Source: an uncultured Bacillota bacterium (GTDB taxonomy: Bacteria; Bacillota; Clostridia; Christensenellales; UBA1242). From it: DNA of 64,000 bases. The position numbers were made by a program, and so were the translations under genes. The notes beneath the pieces were generated by a model that saw nothing but the letters and a program-made list of their open reading frames with translations, searched no databases and had not been told where the DNA came from. Below, piece after piece: positions 11,280 through 19,672 of this stretch. How positions within the stretch are numbered: the stretch's first letter is position 1; each line of letters starts with the position of its first letter. The DNA lies in NCBI GenBank assembly GCA_948465545.1, contig CAOJXO010000001.1:188450-252449 (forward strand). Direction: 5' to 3'.

Positions 11280-11308
11280 ATGTTAACAAAACCTAATTTA
11301 ATTGTCAA
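11280..11308 (-). promoter_or_regulatory. SigA-type promoter of the T-box/aspS-asnS unit
   Basis: Minus strand TTGACA-17 nt-TAACAT. Confidence 0.55.
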
Positions 11309-11372
11309 GTATTTTTCACAACTTTTTCAATTCAAGAGTATTATGTTTTGACAGCCTTTTTTAGGAGTACAA

Positions 11373-12005
11373 ATGATATACATAATTCTTGAATCCCTTA
11401 TATTATCACTTGCCATTTCTATTGACACTTTTGTTGCCTCTTTTGGTTATGGCTTGTCTAAAATAAAACTTCCATTCCGCTCCGCTTTATTAATTTCAAT
11501 TATCAACACTTTAATACTTGGTTTATCTGTACTTATCGGCTACGCCTTAGGCGGAGTAATTTCAGTGGAGTTTGCAAAGTGGCTTTCTTTTGGGCTTTTA
11601 CTTACAATCGGTATCTTTAAATTTTTCAGCGAACTATTTAAAATCTGGCTTTCAAAAAAGGTGGATAAAAACCTTGATATAAAGATGTTTAATTTTCACC
11701 TTATGCTTAAAGTTATGGCTGACACAAACAATGCCGATATTGATAAAAATAAAATTATATCCCTGCCAGAAGCAATCTCTATTGCCCTTATCCTTTCAAT
11801 TGACCAAATAGGGGTTGGACTCTCACACGGCGTAGCAAACGCATACCCATATATACTTGTGATATTTAATCTGTTTACCTGTATTATCGGTACTTTACTT
11901 GGCACAATATGTGGCAAAAAGGTATCGAAATATATAAAAATAAACCTCTCATGGCTAAGCGGTTTAATTTTAATAATTCTTGCAGTTGTAAAACTTTTTA
12001 TTTAA
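11373..12005 (+). CDS. ytaF: Sporulation membrane protein YtaF (MntP-like fold)
   Basis: LAISIDTFVASFGYGL, a central ADIDKNKIISLPEAISIALILSIDQIGVG block, and six hydrophobic segments. Matches remembered B. subtilis YtaF. Confidence 0.7.
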   Translation: MIYIILESLILSLAISIDTFVASFGYGLSKIKLPFRSALLISIINTLILGLSVLIGYALGGVISVEFAKWLSFGLLLTIGIFKFFSELFKIWLSKKVDKNLDIKMFNFHLMLKVMADTNNADIDKNKIISLPEAISIALILSIDQIGVGLSHGVANAYPYILVIFNLFTCIIGTLLGTICGKKVSKYIKINLSWLSGLILIILAVVKLFI

Positions 12006-13081
12006 ACAATTTTTCCGTTTTCAATATGAAGTATTTTTGCATTTACATTCTTCTCATCAAAGTCGGTGCAGGTAAGGATTGTTTGAGTTTTAGAGGTAAA
12101 CTTTAAAAGACGTTTTCTTCGTTCGCCGTCAAGTTCACTAAACACATCGTCAAGAAGTAAGATAGGCTCTTCCCCTATCCTATTTTTTATTATTTCAAGT
12201 TCAGCAAGTTTTAATGAAAGAGCAACCGTCCTTTGTTGCCCCTGAGAGCCAAACGCTTTTACTTCCACCCCGTTCAAATAAATGTCAATATCATCTCTAT
12301 GTGGGCCAACACTTGTGTATCCAAGTTTAAAATCTTTTTCAATATTCTTTTGAAGGGTTTTCATCATAATAGCGTCATAGTTTTCAATATCATCAGTAAG
12401 CCCACTATACTTTATAATAAGTTCTTCCCCGCCGTTTGAAATGTAACTATGTGCCATGCGTGCATAAGGCGAAAGTTCATCAATAAAATTTTTGCGTTCT
12501 AATGCAATTTTCTTTGCACAATCGCATAAAGCCCTATTCCAAATGTCGATAGTGTCTTTAACCACCTTTATATCTTTTGAAGTTTTAAGAAGTTTGTTTC
12601 GATTTGCAAGTATCTTTTCATATCTGCCAAGAAGGTAAAAATATTTTCTGTTTGTTTGAGAAATATCAATATTCATAAAACGACGACGCTCTTCTGGGCT
12701 ATCCTTAACAAGTTTTAATTCGTCGGGAGAAAAGAACACTGCATTAGCATTACCTATAAGTTCACCTATTCTATGAATTGAAATTCCATCAATTTTAACA
12801 GCCTTTTTGCTTTTATCACTAAAAATAAGTTCAATAGAAACATCACGATAAAGTTTATTAAAGTTTGCCTTCACATAAGCAGAGTCTTTATTCCAAAGAA
12901 CAACCTCTTTTTCTTTGCTTGTTTTAAAACTCTTTCCAATAACAGCAAAAAAGATTGCTTCAAGGATATTTGTTTTACCTTGAGCATTTTTCCCCACAAG
13001 CACATTAAGCCCCTCTGAAAAATCAATCTTCTGCGACTGATAATTACGATAGTTCTTTAAAACCAAACTCTCTATTTTCAT
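12002..13081 (-). CDS. recF: DNA replication/repair protein RecF
   Basis: Walker A GKNAQGKTNILEAI, signature GSQGQQRT, Walker B LLLDDVFSELD. Start set to ATG 13081 (MKIESL). Its stop overlaps the ytaF stop (TTAA). Confidence 0.9.
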   Translation of the reverse strand: MKIESLVLKNYRNYQSQKIDFSEGLNVLVGKNAQGKTNILEAIFFAVIGKSFKTSKEKEVVLWNKDSAYVKANFNKLYRDVSIELIFSDKSKKAVKIDGISIHRIGELIGNANAVFFSPDELKLVKDSPEERRRFMNIDISQTNRKYFYLLGRYEKILANRNKLLKTSKDIKVVKDTIDIWNRALCDCAKKIALERKNFIDELSPYARMAHSYISNGGEELIIKYSGLTDDIENYDAIMMKTLQKNIEKDFKLGYTSVGPHRDDIDIYLNGVEVKAFGSQGQQRTVALSLKLAELEIIKNRIGEEPILLLDDVFSELDGERRKRLLKFTSKTQTILTCTDFDEKNVNAKILHIENGKIV

Positions 13082-13129
13082 ACTGGTTATATTGTAACAC
13101 AAAAGTTTATTTTTTCAAAACATGTTTGC

Positions 13130-13158
13130 TTGACAAAAAAACTCTCGCCGTTTATACT
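13130..13158 (+). promoter_or_regulatory. SigA-type promoter of dnaA
   Basis: TTGACA-17 nt-TATACT. Confidence 0.6.
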
Positions 13159-13189
13159 AAGAATTGATTTAACTTAAAAGGTGGTTACA

Positions 13190-14539
13190 ATGCAAGAGTT
13201 AGGGTCTTTATGGGAAGCAATACTTGAAAAACTTCAGATGACAGTGTCAAATGTGTCTTTTATTATGTGGTTTAAACCATTAAAGGTTTTAGACTTTTCA
13301 GATAACAAACTTGTTATCAGCACAAATTCAACTTCTGCAAAAAATCAAATTTTGCGTAACCACATGGATAAACTTAAAGAAGCCGTACATGACATCATGG
13401 GTGAAGAAACAGAAGTTGAGGTGTTAGACCAAAACGAAGAAATCTCTTATATAGAAAAAAATGGTAACAAAGCAAAAGAAAAAGAAGTAGAGATTACAAA
13501 GAACCCTTTTAATGCAAAATACACTTTTGATAACTTTGTTGTAGGAAAAAGCAACCAATTTGTTTACGCTGCAGCAAGGGCAGTAGCAGAACATCCTGGC
13601 GAAAAATTTAATCCGCTCTTTATATATGGTGGTGTTGGACTTGGTAAAACTCACCTTCTTCATGCTGTTGGAAACTATTTAAGAGAGTTTAATCCAAACC
13701 TTAAAATAATGTATGTAACCTGTGAACAGTTTACAAATGCATATATTGAAAGTTTAAGTTCTCCTTCTAAAAACAAAGCCACTTTTGAATTTAGATCAAA
13801 ATTTAGAAACTTAGATGTTTTAATGATTGATGATATACAATTTATCGCTACCCGTCCAAGCACACAAGAAGAATTTTTTAATACTTTTAATGAACTTTAT
13901 TCAGCCAATAAACAAATTATTATCACTTCTGATAGACCACCAAAAGATATTAAAGATTTAACTGACAGACTTCGCTCTCGTATGTCAATGGGTCTTATGC
14001 AAGATATTCAATCACCAGACCTTGAAACAAGAATCGCAATTCTACGTAAAAAATCACAACTTGAAAAATATGTAATTGATGATGATGTTATTGACTATAT
14101 TGCAGAGCATGTAGATTCTAACATTCGTGAACTTGAAGGCACTCTTTCAAAGGTATACTTCCTTGCAAACCTTATGGGAAAACGCTCTGCCACTATGGAA
14201 GAGGCAATGGAAGCATTAAACAGTGAGGCTGAAGAAGAGAAAAATGAAGGTCTTACACCTGACTCTATAATTGAAGGCGTTTGCAAATATTTTGATGTAA
14301 CCAAAGAAGATATACTTGGTAAAAAGAAAAGTAAAGATGTTGTTGAACCACGTATGATTGCTATCTATCTTATAAGTGATATATTGGAAATTCCACTTGT
14401 TTCTATCGGAAAAATATTTGGTGGACGTGACCATACAACAATTATGCATTCAAGGGATAAAATTTCAGACCAAATGAAAAGTTCTCATAAAATGCAAACC
14501 TTAGTTGGCGAAATTCGTAAATTGTTGAAAAGTGGATAA
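13190..14539 (+). CDS. dnaA: Chromosomal replication initiator DnaA
   Basis: GGVGLGKTHLLHAVGN, LMIDDIQF, and the C-terminal DNA-binding signature GGRDHTTIMHSRDKI. ATG 13190 follows AAAGGTGG. Confidence 0.95.
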   Translation: MQELGSLWEAILEKLQMTVSNVSFIMWFKPLKVLDFSDNKLVISTNSTSAKNQILRNHMDKLKEAVHDIMGEETEVEVLDQNEEISYIEKNGNKAKEKEVEITKNPFNAKYTFDNFVVGKSNQFVYAAARAVAEHPGEKFNPLFIYGGVGLGKTHLLHAVGNYLREFNPNLKIMYVTCEQFTNAYIESLSSPSKNKATFEFRSKFRNLDVLMIDDIQFIATRPSTQEEFFNTFNELYSANKQIIITSDRPPKDIKDLTDRLRSRMSMGLMQDIQSPDLETRIAILRKKSQLEKYVIDDDVIDYIAEHVDSNIRELEGTLSKVYFLANLMGKRSATMEEAMEALNSEAEEEKNEGLTPDSIIEGVCKYFDVTKEDILGKKKSKDVVEPRMIAIYLISDILEIPLVSIGKIFGGRDHTTIMHSRDKISDQMKSSHKMQTLVGEIRKLLKSG

Positions 14540-14800
14540 CTTGTTCTGCTTGTCCACAAAATTATCCACATTATCCACATTAAAAACTAATCAATATATT
14601 GTGTAATAAAATCTTAAAAAATATAATAAAAATCAATATATTGTGTAATAAAAAAGTTATCCACATTTACACTTTCACTAATAATATTAGTATTATTTGA
14701 TTAAATAAAATTATTAATATCTAACGCGTGAAGGCTGAAAAAATGGTTGGAAATTTCGTTTAAGTATGATATACTATTTATAGTTAATAAGGAGAAAATT
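14531..14800. other. oriC (dnaA-dnaN intergenic origin region)
   Basis: Perfect DnaA boxes TTATCCACA at 14562-14570, 14571-14579 and 14657-14665. One-mismatch boxes at 14550-14558 (TTGTCCACA) and 14531-14539 (reverse, aGTGGATAA, covering the dnaA stop). A very AT-rich tract spans 14580-14730. Confidence 0.85.
14589..14653 (+). repeat. Two copies of a 23-bp direct repeat inside oriC
   Basis: AATCAATATATTGTGTAATAAAA at 14589-14611 and 14631-14653, 42 bp apart start to start. Confidence 0.9.
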
Positions 14801-15898
14801 ATGATAGTTGTATGCCAAGGATTAGAACTTTCAGATGCTTTTTTAAGAGTAAGTAAAGCAATTTCAAATAAAATTACAAACCCTATTTTAGAGGGTATTA
14901 AACTTGTTGCTGAAGATGGTACTCTTACTATGAGTGCGACAGATACTGAACTTTCTATTGAAAAGAAAATTAAAGCAGAAGTTAAAGTTGAAGGTGAAAC
15001 TGTTGTTCCTGGTAGATTTATTACTGAGTTTGTTAAAAAACTTACCAACTCAGAAATTGAACTTGAACTTAACGAAAAAAATCAAATGATTATTCGTTAT
15101 GAAGACAGTGAAAGTATGATTCAATGTTATAACCCTGTTGAATATCCTGGATTTAAAAGCGTTCAAACAAAAGAGTATTTTGGAATTACTAAAAAAGACT
15201 TTAAAACAGTAGTAAGCAAATGTATCTTCTCAGTTGCTGTTGAAGACAGCCGTCCTATTCTTAAAGGTGTACTTTTCGATATTGATAATAAAGAACTTAA
15301 TGCAGTTGCCCTTGACGGATATAGACTTGCAAGAATTAAGAAGAATATTGTTTCTTCTATCAAAAAATCAATCGTTGTTCCAGCAAGAAGTTTAAATGAA
15401 ATAAGTAAACTTATTGATGAAACTGATGAAATTATCAATATTTATATTGACGATTACACAATCATGATTGACCTTGGTGATACAAAGGTAACATCAAGAC
15501 TTCTTGAGGGTGATTATATGAATTACAAACAAATCATTCCTGTAAATTATGAAACATTTGTAATTGTAAATAAAGACCAAATTGTTGAAGCATTAGAACG
15601 TGCTACCCTCCTTCTCCGTTCAGCACAAAACAACTTTGTTAAATTTGATATAAAAGAAAACAATATCTGCATTACAAGTAATTCTGAAATCGGTAATGTT
15701 AAGGAAAATATCCCAGTTACCGTTGCAGGTAAAGACCTCTTAATCTCATTCAACCCTAGATATTTCCTTGAATGTTTAAGGGTAAACCCAAATGAGTTTG
15801 TTAAGATTTGCTTCAATGAGGCATCAAACCCTTGCGTTATTGTTCCTACTGAAGATAACGAATTCTTATATCTTATACTCCCAGTCCGCTTTATGTAG
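14801..15898 (+). CDS. dnaN: DNA polymerase III beta sliding clamp
   Basis: Position after dnaA, 366 aa, clamp-like sequence (ILEGIKL..., DGYRLA, LPVRF end). ATG 14801 follows AAGGAG. Confidence 0.9.
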   Translation: MIVVCQGLELSDAFLRVSKAISNKITNPILEGIKLVAEDGTLTMSATDTELSIEKKIKAEVKVEGETVVPGRFITEFVKKLTNSEIELELNEKNQMIIRYEDSESMIQCYNPVEYPGFKSVQTKEYFGITKKDFKTVVSKCIFSVAVEDSRPILKGVLFDIDNKELNAVALDGYRLARIKKNIVSSIKKSIVVPARSLNEISKLIDETDEIINIYIDDYTIMIDLGDTKVTSRLLEGDYMNYKQIIPVNYETFVIVNKDQIVEALERATLLLRSAQNNFVKFDIKENNICITSNSEIGNVKENIPVTVAGKDLLISFNPRYFLECLRVNPNEFVKICFNEASNPCVIVPTEDNEFLYLILPVRFM

Positions 15899-15950
15899 GG
15901 TGTGCAGGCACACGTTTTGTATAAGTGTGACATTAACAAAGTAAAATTAA

Positions 15951-15982
15951 AAAAATAAAGAGTGGCGTTTGCCACTTTTTTA
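15951..15982. terminator. Bidirectional terminator between dnaN and dut
   Basis: AGTGGC-gttt-GCCACT hairpin flanked by A- and T-runs. Confidence 0.7.
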
Positions 15983-16507
15983 TTTTACTTTATTAGAACT
16001 TCCCCAACCTTTTTTACCACGCTCTGAAGCGAATGAACAAAGGTCACTATATGATAATTCTTTCACTTTAAATTTTTCTACCCTGTGTATTACACCTTCG
16101 GCTATTGCTTTTCCAGTGTTATAAACAAAGCAAGGCTCTTTAAAAAGTTTTGGATATTTCTTTTTAAGTTCTTCCTCAGTTAAGTTTGAAATTATTAAGT
16201 TTTCTTTTCTTGCATTTAAAATTGAAATTAAAATTTCACCACGATATCCACTATCAATTACGCCAGCATTTTTCTTAATACCTTTACTTCCTGTTGAAGA
16301 ACGCTCTTCAATTTGCATATAGAAGTCACTAGAAATCGCCCATGCAATTCCAGTAGGTACAAGCGTCAGCTCCCCCGGTGAAATTAGCATATAATCCTCA
16401 TCAAAACAAGCATAAAGGTCATAACCTGCGTCCTCATCTTTCTTACTTGGCACGATTGCATTGTCTTTAAGTTTAGCAAAATATATTTCATCTTTTTTAA
16501 TTTTCAT
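15980..16507 (-). CDS. dut: dUTP diphosphatase (trimeric dUTPase family)
   Basis: Motifs AGYDLY, ERSSTG, GVIDSGYRGE and C-terminal RGKKGWGSS. Confidence 0.8.
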   Translation of the reverse strand: MKIKKDEIYFAKLKDNAIVPSKKDEDAGYDLYACFDEDYMLISPGELTLVPTGIAWAISSDFYMQIEERSSTGSKGIKKNAGVIDSGYRGEILISILNARKENLIISNLTEEELKKKYPKLFKEPCFVYNTGKAIAEGVIHRVEKFKVKELSYSDLCSFASERGKKGWGSSNKVK

Positions 16508-16601
16508 AATGTTCTCCTTATCAAAAATTGTAACATAATGGCGTAAGAGTAGTCAAATGGAAGTAAGAAAAAATAAAAAGACCAGCGAAGGCACTTTTTT
16601 A

Positions 16602-16630
16602 TTGACAAAAGCAAATCTTTTATTTATAAT
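16602..16630 (+). promoter_or_regulatory. Consensus SigA promoter of rpmH
   Basis: TTGACA-17 nt-TATAAT, perfect hexamers. Confidence 0.75.
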
Positions 16631-16661
16631 GAGATAGTTACTAAAATAAAGGAGGCAGGAC

Positions 16662-16796
16662 ATGAAAAGAACATATCAGCCAAAGAAAAGACAAAGAAAT
16701 AAGGTTCATGGTTTCAGACAAAGAATGAAAACTACTGGCGGAAGAAATGTTTTGAAAAGAAGAAGAAATCGTGGAAGAAAAAAACTCTCTGCTTAA
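16662..16796 (+). CDS. rpmH: 50S ribosomal protein L34
   Basis: Manual translation gives [44 protein letters not shown] (44 aa). GGAGG lies upstream. Too short for the ORF track. Confidence 0.95.
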   Translation: MKRTYQPKKRQRNKVHGFRQRMKTTGGRNVLKRRRNRGRKKLSA

Positions 16797-17118
16797 AACA
16801 AAAGAAAGACCAGACCATAGATTAAAGAAAAATAAACATTTCAGTTATATCTATAAAAAGGGAAAGCGAAAAAGTAGTAAAAATCTGACATTATTCACCG
16901 TGCCAAGCAGGTATAGAAACTATCGAATAGGAATATCTGTTAATAACAAACTTGGAAAGGCTAATGTTAGAAATAAATTAAAAAGACGTCTTAAAGAAAT
17001 AATTAGGCAGGAAAATTTACCAAAAGAATATTTTAACTATGTGCTTTTAGCAAGAGAAGGTTCTCAAAACCTTACATTTGAAGAACTGAAAGTGCAAGTG
17101 AAAGAATTGTTTAAATGA
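16771..17118 (+). CDS. rnpA: RNase P protein component
   Basis: [17 protein letters not shown]...[16 protein letters not shown]. The only in-frame start upstream of the conserved core is GTG 16771, which lies inside rpmH. Confidence 0.8.
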   Translation: MEEKNSLLKTKERPDHRLKKNKHFSYIYKKGKRKSSKNLTLFTVPSRYRNYRIGISVNNKLGKANVRNKLKRRLKEIIRQENLPKEYFNYVLLAREGSQNLTFEELKVQVKELFK

Positions 17119-17381
17119 AATACATTTTAATGCCATTAAAGTTTTTGGTAAAATTGCCTATTTATTTTTATAAATTTCTCATTTCGCCTTTACTTCCCCA
17201 TGTGTGTAGATTTACCCCCACCTGCTCTAATTACTTTATAGAAGCAGTAAATGAATTTGGGGCATTTAAGGGAGCGGTGTTTGGCTTTAAAAGATTAAGT
17301 CACTGCACGCCAAGAAATCGTCGCTATGGTTATGATCCAGTGCCAATAAATATTAAAGGAGATAGTAAATGGCTATTTTAA
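17115..17381 (+). CDS. yidD: Membrane protein insertion efficiency factor YidD
   Basis: ISPLLPHVCRFTPTCSNYFIEAV motif. ATGA overlap with rnpA. Confidence 0.9.
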   Translation: MKYILMPLKFLVKLPIYFYKFLISPLLPHVCRFTPTCSNYFIEAVNEFGAFKGAVFGFKRLSHCTPRNRRYGYDPVPINIKGDSKWLF

Positions 17382-18721
17382 GCACTCTTCTTGCGGTAAG
17401 TGAACCGTCAGGAATGTGGCAAAGCATAATTAAGGCTTTTGAAGGTTTTACAAATAACTATGTACTTGCAATTATTCTTCTTACTGTGATTATAAGAATA
17501 ATATGGGCACCTATTGATACTGTTAATAAAAGAATGTCTCAAAAGATGGCCGCAAATCAAGCCAAGTTACAGCCAGAACTTGAAAAACTTAAAGCGAAGT
17601 ATGCAAACAATCCACAATTATTAAAACAAAAACAAAACGAACTTTACAGCAAGAATAATACAAATTCAGTTGGCAGTTGTGTTTTTATGTTGATTTTTAT
17701 AGGTTTAAATCTTGCGATATTCTTAACATTATGGCAAGGCTTAAACTCAATGTCAGTGTATAAAACCAGTGAAAGTTATGAAAACTTAAAATATGAATAT
17801 GTAAATTGCTTAAACCTAACAGATAAATATCTTAGTACTAATGAAAATGGTGAGGAGATTTTTAAAGATTATCAGAATTTAAAATTCGTAATTTCTGAAG
17901 ATGGAAAGGCAATTAAACTTGTTCAAACCATCCATAATGAAAGTGGAGAAGATTATGAAAATGTTATTTTTTCAGACCTCTATAATAAAAGTTTTGAAAT
18001 AAAAGACGGCGAAGAAGTTGTTACAACAAACAATCAATATATTCTAAATTTAATAAACACTTATATTTCAAAATCTTCTGTTGAAGCCGAACAAGGAAAA
18101 TACATAGGAGATAAACTTCTTATAGAGAAAGTGGAAGATGAGAATGGTGAAATAGAGGTTGCAGAACTTACATTATCTAGTGCTATTCAAAATGTGGCAA
18201 TGCGTGCGGTTGAAGTTAAATATGAAGAAACTAAAGATAATTTCTTATGGATACAAAACCTCTGGATTGCGGATTCCCCTCTTCAAAACTCAATCTTTGA
18301 ATATGATGCTTTTATTGCAAGTGTAGGCAAAGATAACTATGAAGAAAATGAAAAAGAAATTTATAATAGTTTTATGATTGAACTTCGCAATGACAAAGGA
18401 AGAGTAAATGGATATTTCATTTTACCAATTCTTTGTGTAATTGCAACCTTCCTTACAATGTGGCTTTCAACCCGTAAGAAAAAGGGAGATGCAACCCCTA
18501 GTCAACCAGGTGGAAAGATGACAAAAATAATAATGCCGCTTATCTTTGGTTTGTTTGCGGTGTTCTATAGCAGTATATTTGCAATCTATATGCTTACAGG
18601 ACAGATTATAAGTGCATTGTTGATTCCACTTCAAAATCTTATCTTAGATAAATGGAACAACCATTCTAATAAGAAGAAAAAAGATAAAGTGGAAGTTGTA
18701 GAGTACAGCAGAAAATTTTAA
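17369..18721 (+). CDS. yidC: YidC/Oxa1-family membrane insertase with a large extracytoplasmic insertion
   Basis: LAIILLTVIIRIIWAPI, a KMAANQAKLQPELEKLKAKY amphipathic hairpin, FLWIQNLWIADSP, and C-terminal TM helices. Confidence 0.85.
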   Translation: MAILSTLLAVSEPSGMWQSIIKAFEGFTNNYVLAIILLTVIIRIIWAPIDTVNKRMSQKMAANQAKLQPELEKLKAKYANNPQLLKQKQNELYSKNNTNSVGSCVFMLIFIGLNLAIFLTLWQGLNSMSVYKTSESYENLKYEYVNCLNLTDKYLSTNENGEEIFKDYQNLKFVISEDGKAIKLVQTIHNESGEDYENVIFSDLYNKSFEIKDGEEVVTTNNQYILNLINTYISKSSVEAEQGKYIGDKLLIEKVEDENGEIEVAELTLSSAIQNVAMRAVEVKYEETKDNFLWIQNLWIADSPLQNSIFEYDAFIASVGKDNYEENEKEIYNSFMIELRNDKGRVNGYFILPILCVIATFLTMWLSTRKKKGDATPSQPGGKMTKIIMPLIFGLFAVFYSSIFAIYMLTGQIISALLIPLQNLILDKWNNHSNKKKKDKVEVVEYSRKF

Positions 18722-18735
18722 TTAGGAGGGATATT

Positions 18736-19590
18736 ATGTTATCTGCAGAAGGAACAGGAAAAACTATTGAAAAGGCTATCGAAAGTGCTCTTTTGGAGTT
18801 GAAAGCTCCAAGAGAGGATGTTGATATTAAAATTCTCAGTGAAGGTGGACTTTTCAAAAAAGCAAAAGTTCAGGTAACTATATCTGATGATGCTAAAGAA
18901 AAATATATCAAACGTGAAAAGTTACGCGAGAAAATCGATGAGAAATTTCCAGAAAAAGAAGAAAGCAAAAAAGAAAACTTAAAAAAGATCGAAGAAACTA
19001 AATCTAGAACTGTTGAAGAAAATTATGAAATTTTAAGAGATAGATTGGATAATCTTAAAAAAGAACGTTCAGAAATAAAGACTGGAACTGTTGAAGATCA
19101 AGTTGTTAAGGAAACAGTAAAAGAAAAAGAGGTTAAGAAAGAAAAAGTTGTTGACCCTATTGCTTTCTTGCAAGGCTTCTTCAAGACCTTAAATAAAGTG
19201 GTTGAGATAACTGCACTTGAAGATGATAAGTTTATTACATATTCAGTTAACGGCGAAGACCTTGGCGAAGTAATTGGTAGACGTGGAGAAGCCTATTACG
19301 CACTTTCAAAACTTTTCTTGGCTGTAATAGGTAAACAAGAAAAGAAGGCTCTTTTGGATATTGCTGGCTATCGTGAAAAACGTGAAGAAAGTTTGTCAGC
19401 GGTTGCTAAGCGTACAGCGGACAAGGTGGCAAAGTCTGGAAGATATATTAAGTTAGAACCTATGAAACCTAGCGAAAGACGTATCATTCACACTGCCCTT
19501 CAAGATGATGACAGAGTTACAACATTAAGTAAAGGTACTGAACCTCACAGATATGTAATTATCTTCCCAAAGGAATATAAAGACAAATAA
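18736..19590 (+). CDS. jag: Jag/KhpB RNA-binding protein (Jag_N, KH, R3H) with a Lys/Glu-rich linker
   Basis: GKTIEKAIESALLEL N-terminus and a C-terminal R3H region (PMKPSERRIIHTALQ). Conserved position after yidC. Confidence 0.85.
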   Translation: MLSAEGTGKTIEKAIESALLELKAPREDVDIKILSEGGLFKKAKVQVTISDDAKEKYIKREKLREKIDEKFPEKEESKKENLKKIEETKSRTVEENYEILRDRLDNLKKERSEIKTGTVEDQVVKETVKEKEVKKEKVVDPIAFLQGFFKTLNKVVEITALEDDKFITYSVNGEDLGEVIGRRGEAYYALSKLFLAVIGKQEKKALLDIAGYREKREESLSAVAKRTADKVAKSGRYIKLEPMKPSERRIIHTALQDDDRVTTLSKGTEPHRYVIIFPKEYKDK

Positions 19591-19617
19591 AAAAATGCTT
19601 AATTTAAGCATTTTTTT
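19591..19617 (+). terminator. Terminator after jag
   Basis: TGCTTAA-t-TTAAGCA hairpin plus T7. Confidence 0.7.
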
Positions 19618-19672
19618 ATTTTGCCCTATTTGTATTCTTGATATTTTATATTTTAAATGATATACTGAAAAC

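Noticed and set aside
11309-11372. yybP-ykoY (manganese) riboswitch upstream of the MntP-like ytaF gene
   Set aside because: Only about 65 nt are available after the divergent T-box promoter, and none of the conserved riboswitch helices are visible. The gene looks like sporulation YtaF rather than MntP.
14589-14653. Possible CRISPR-like repeat
   Set aside because: Only two copies of a 23-mer, inside the DnaA-box region, with no cas genes anywhere in the window. Treated as an oriC element instead.
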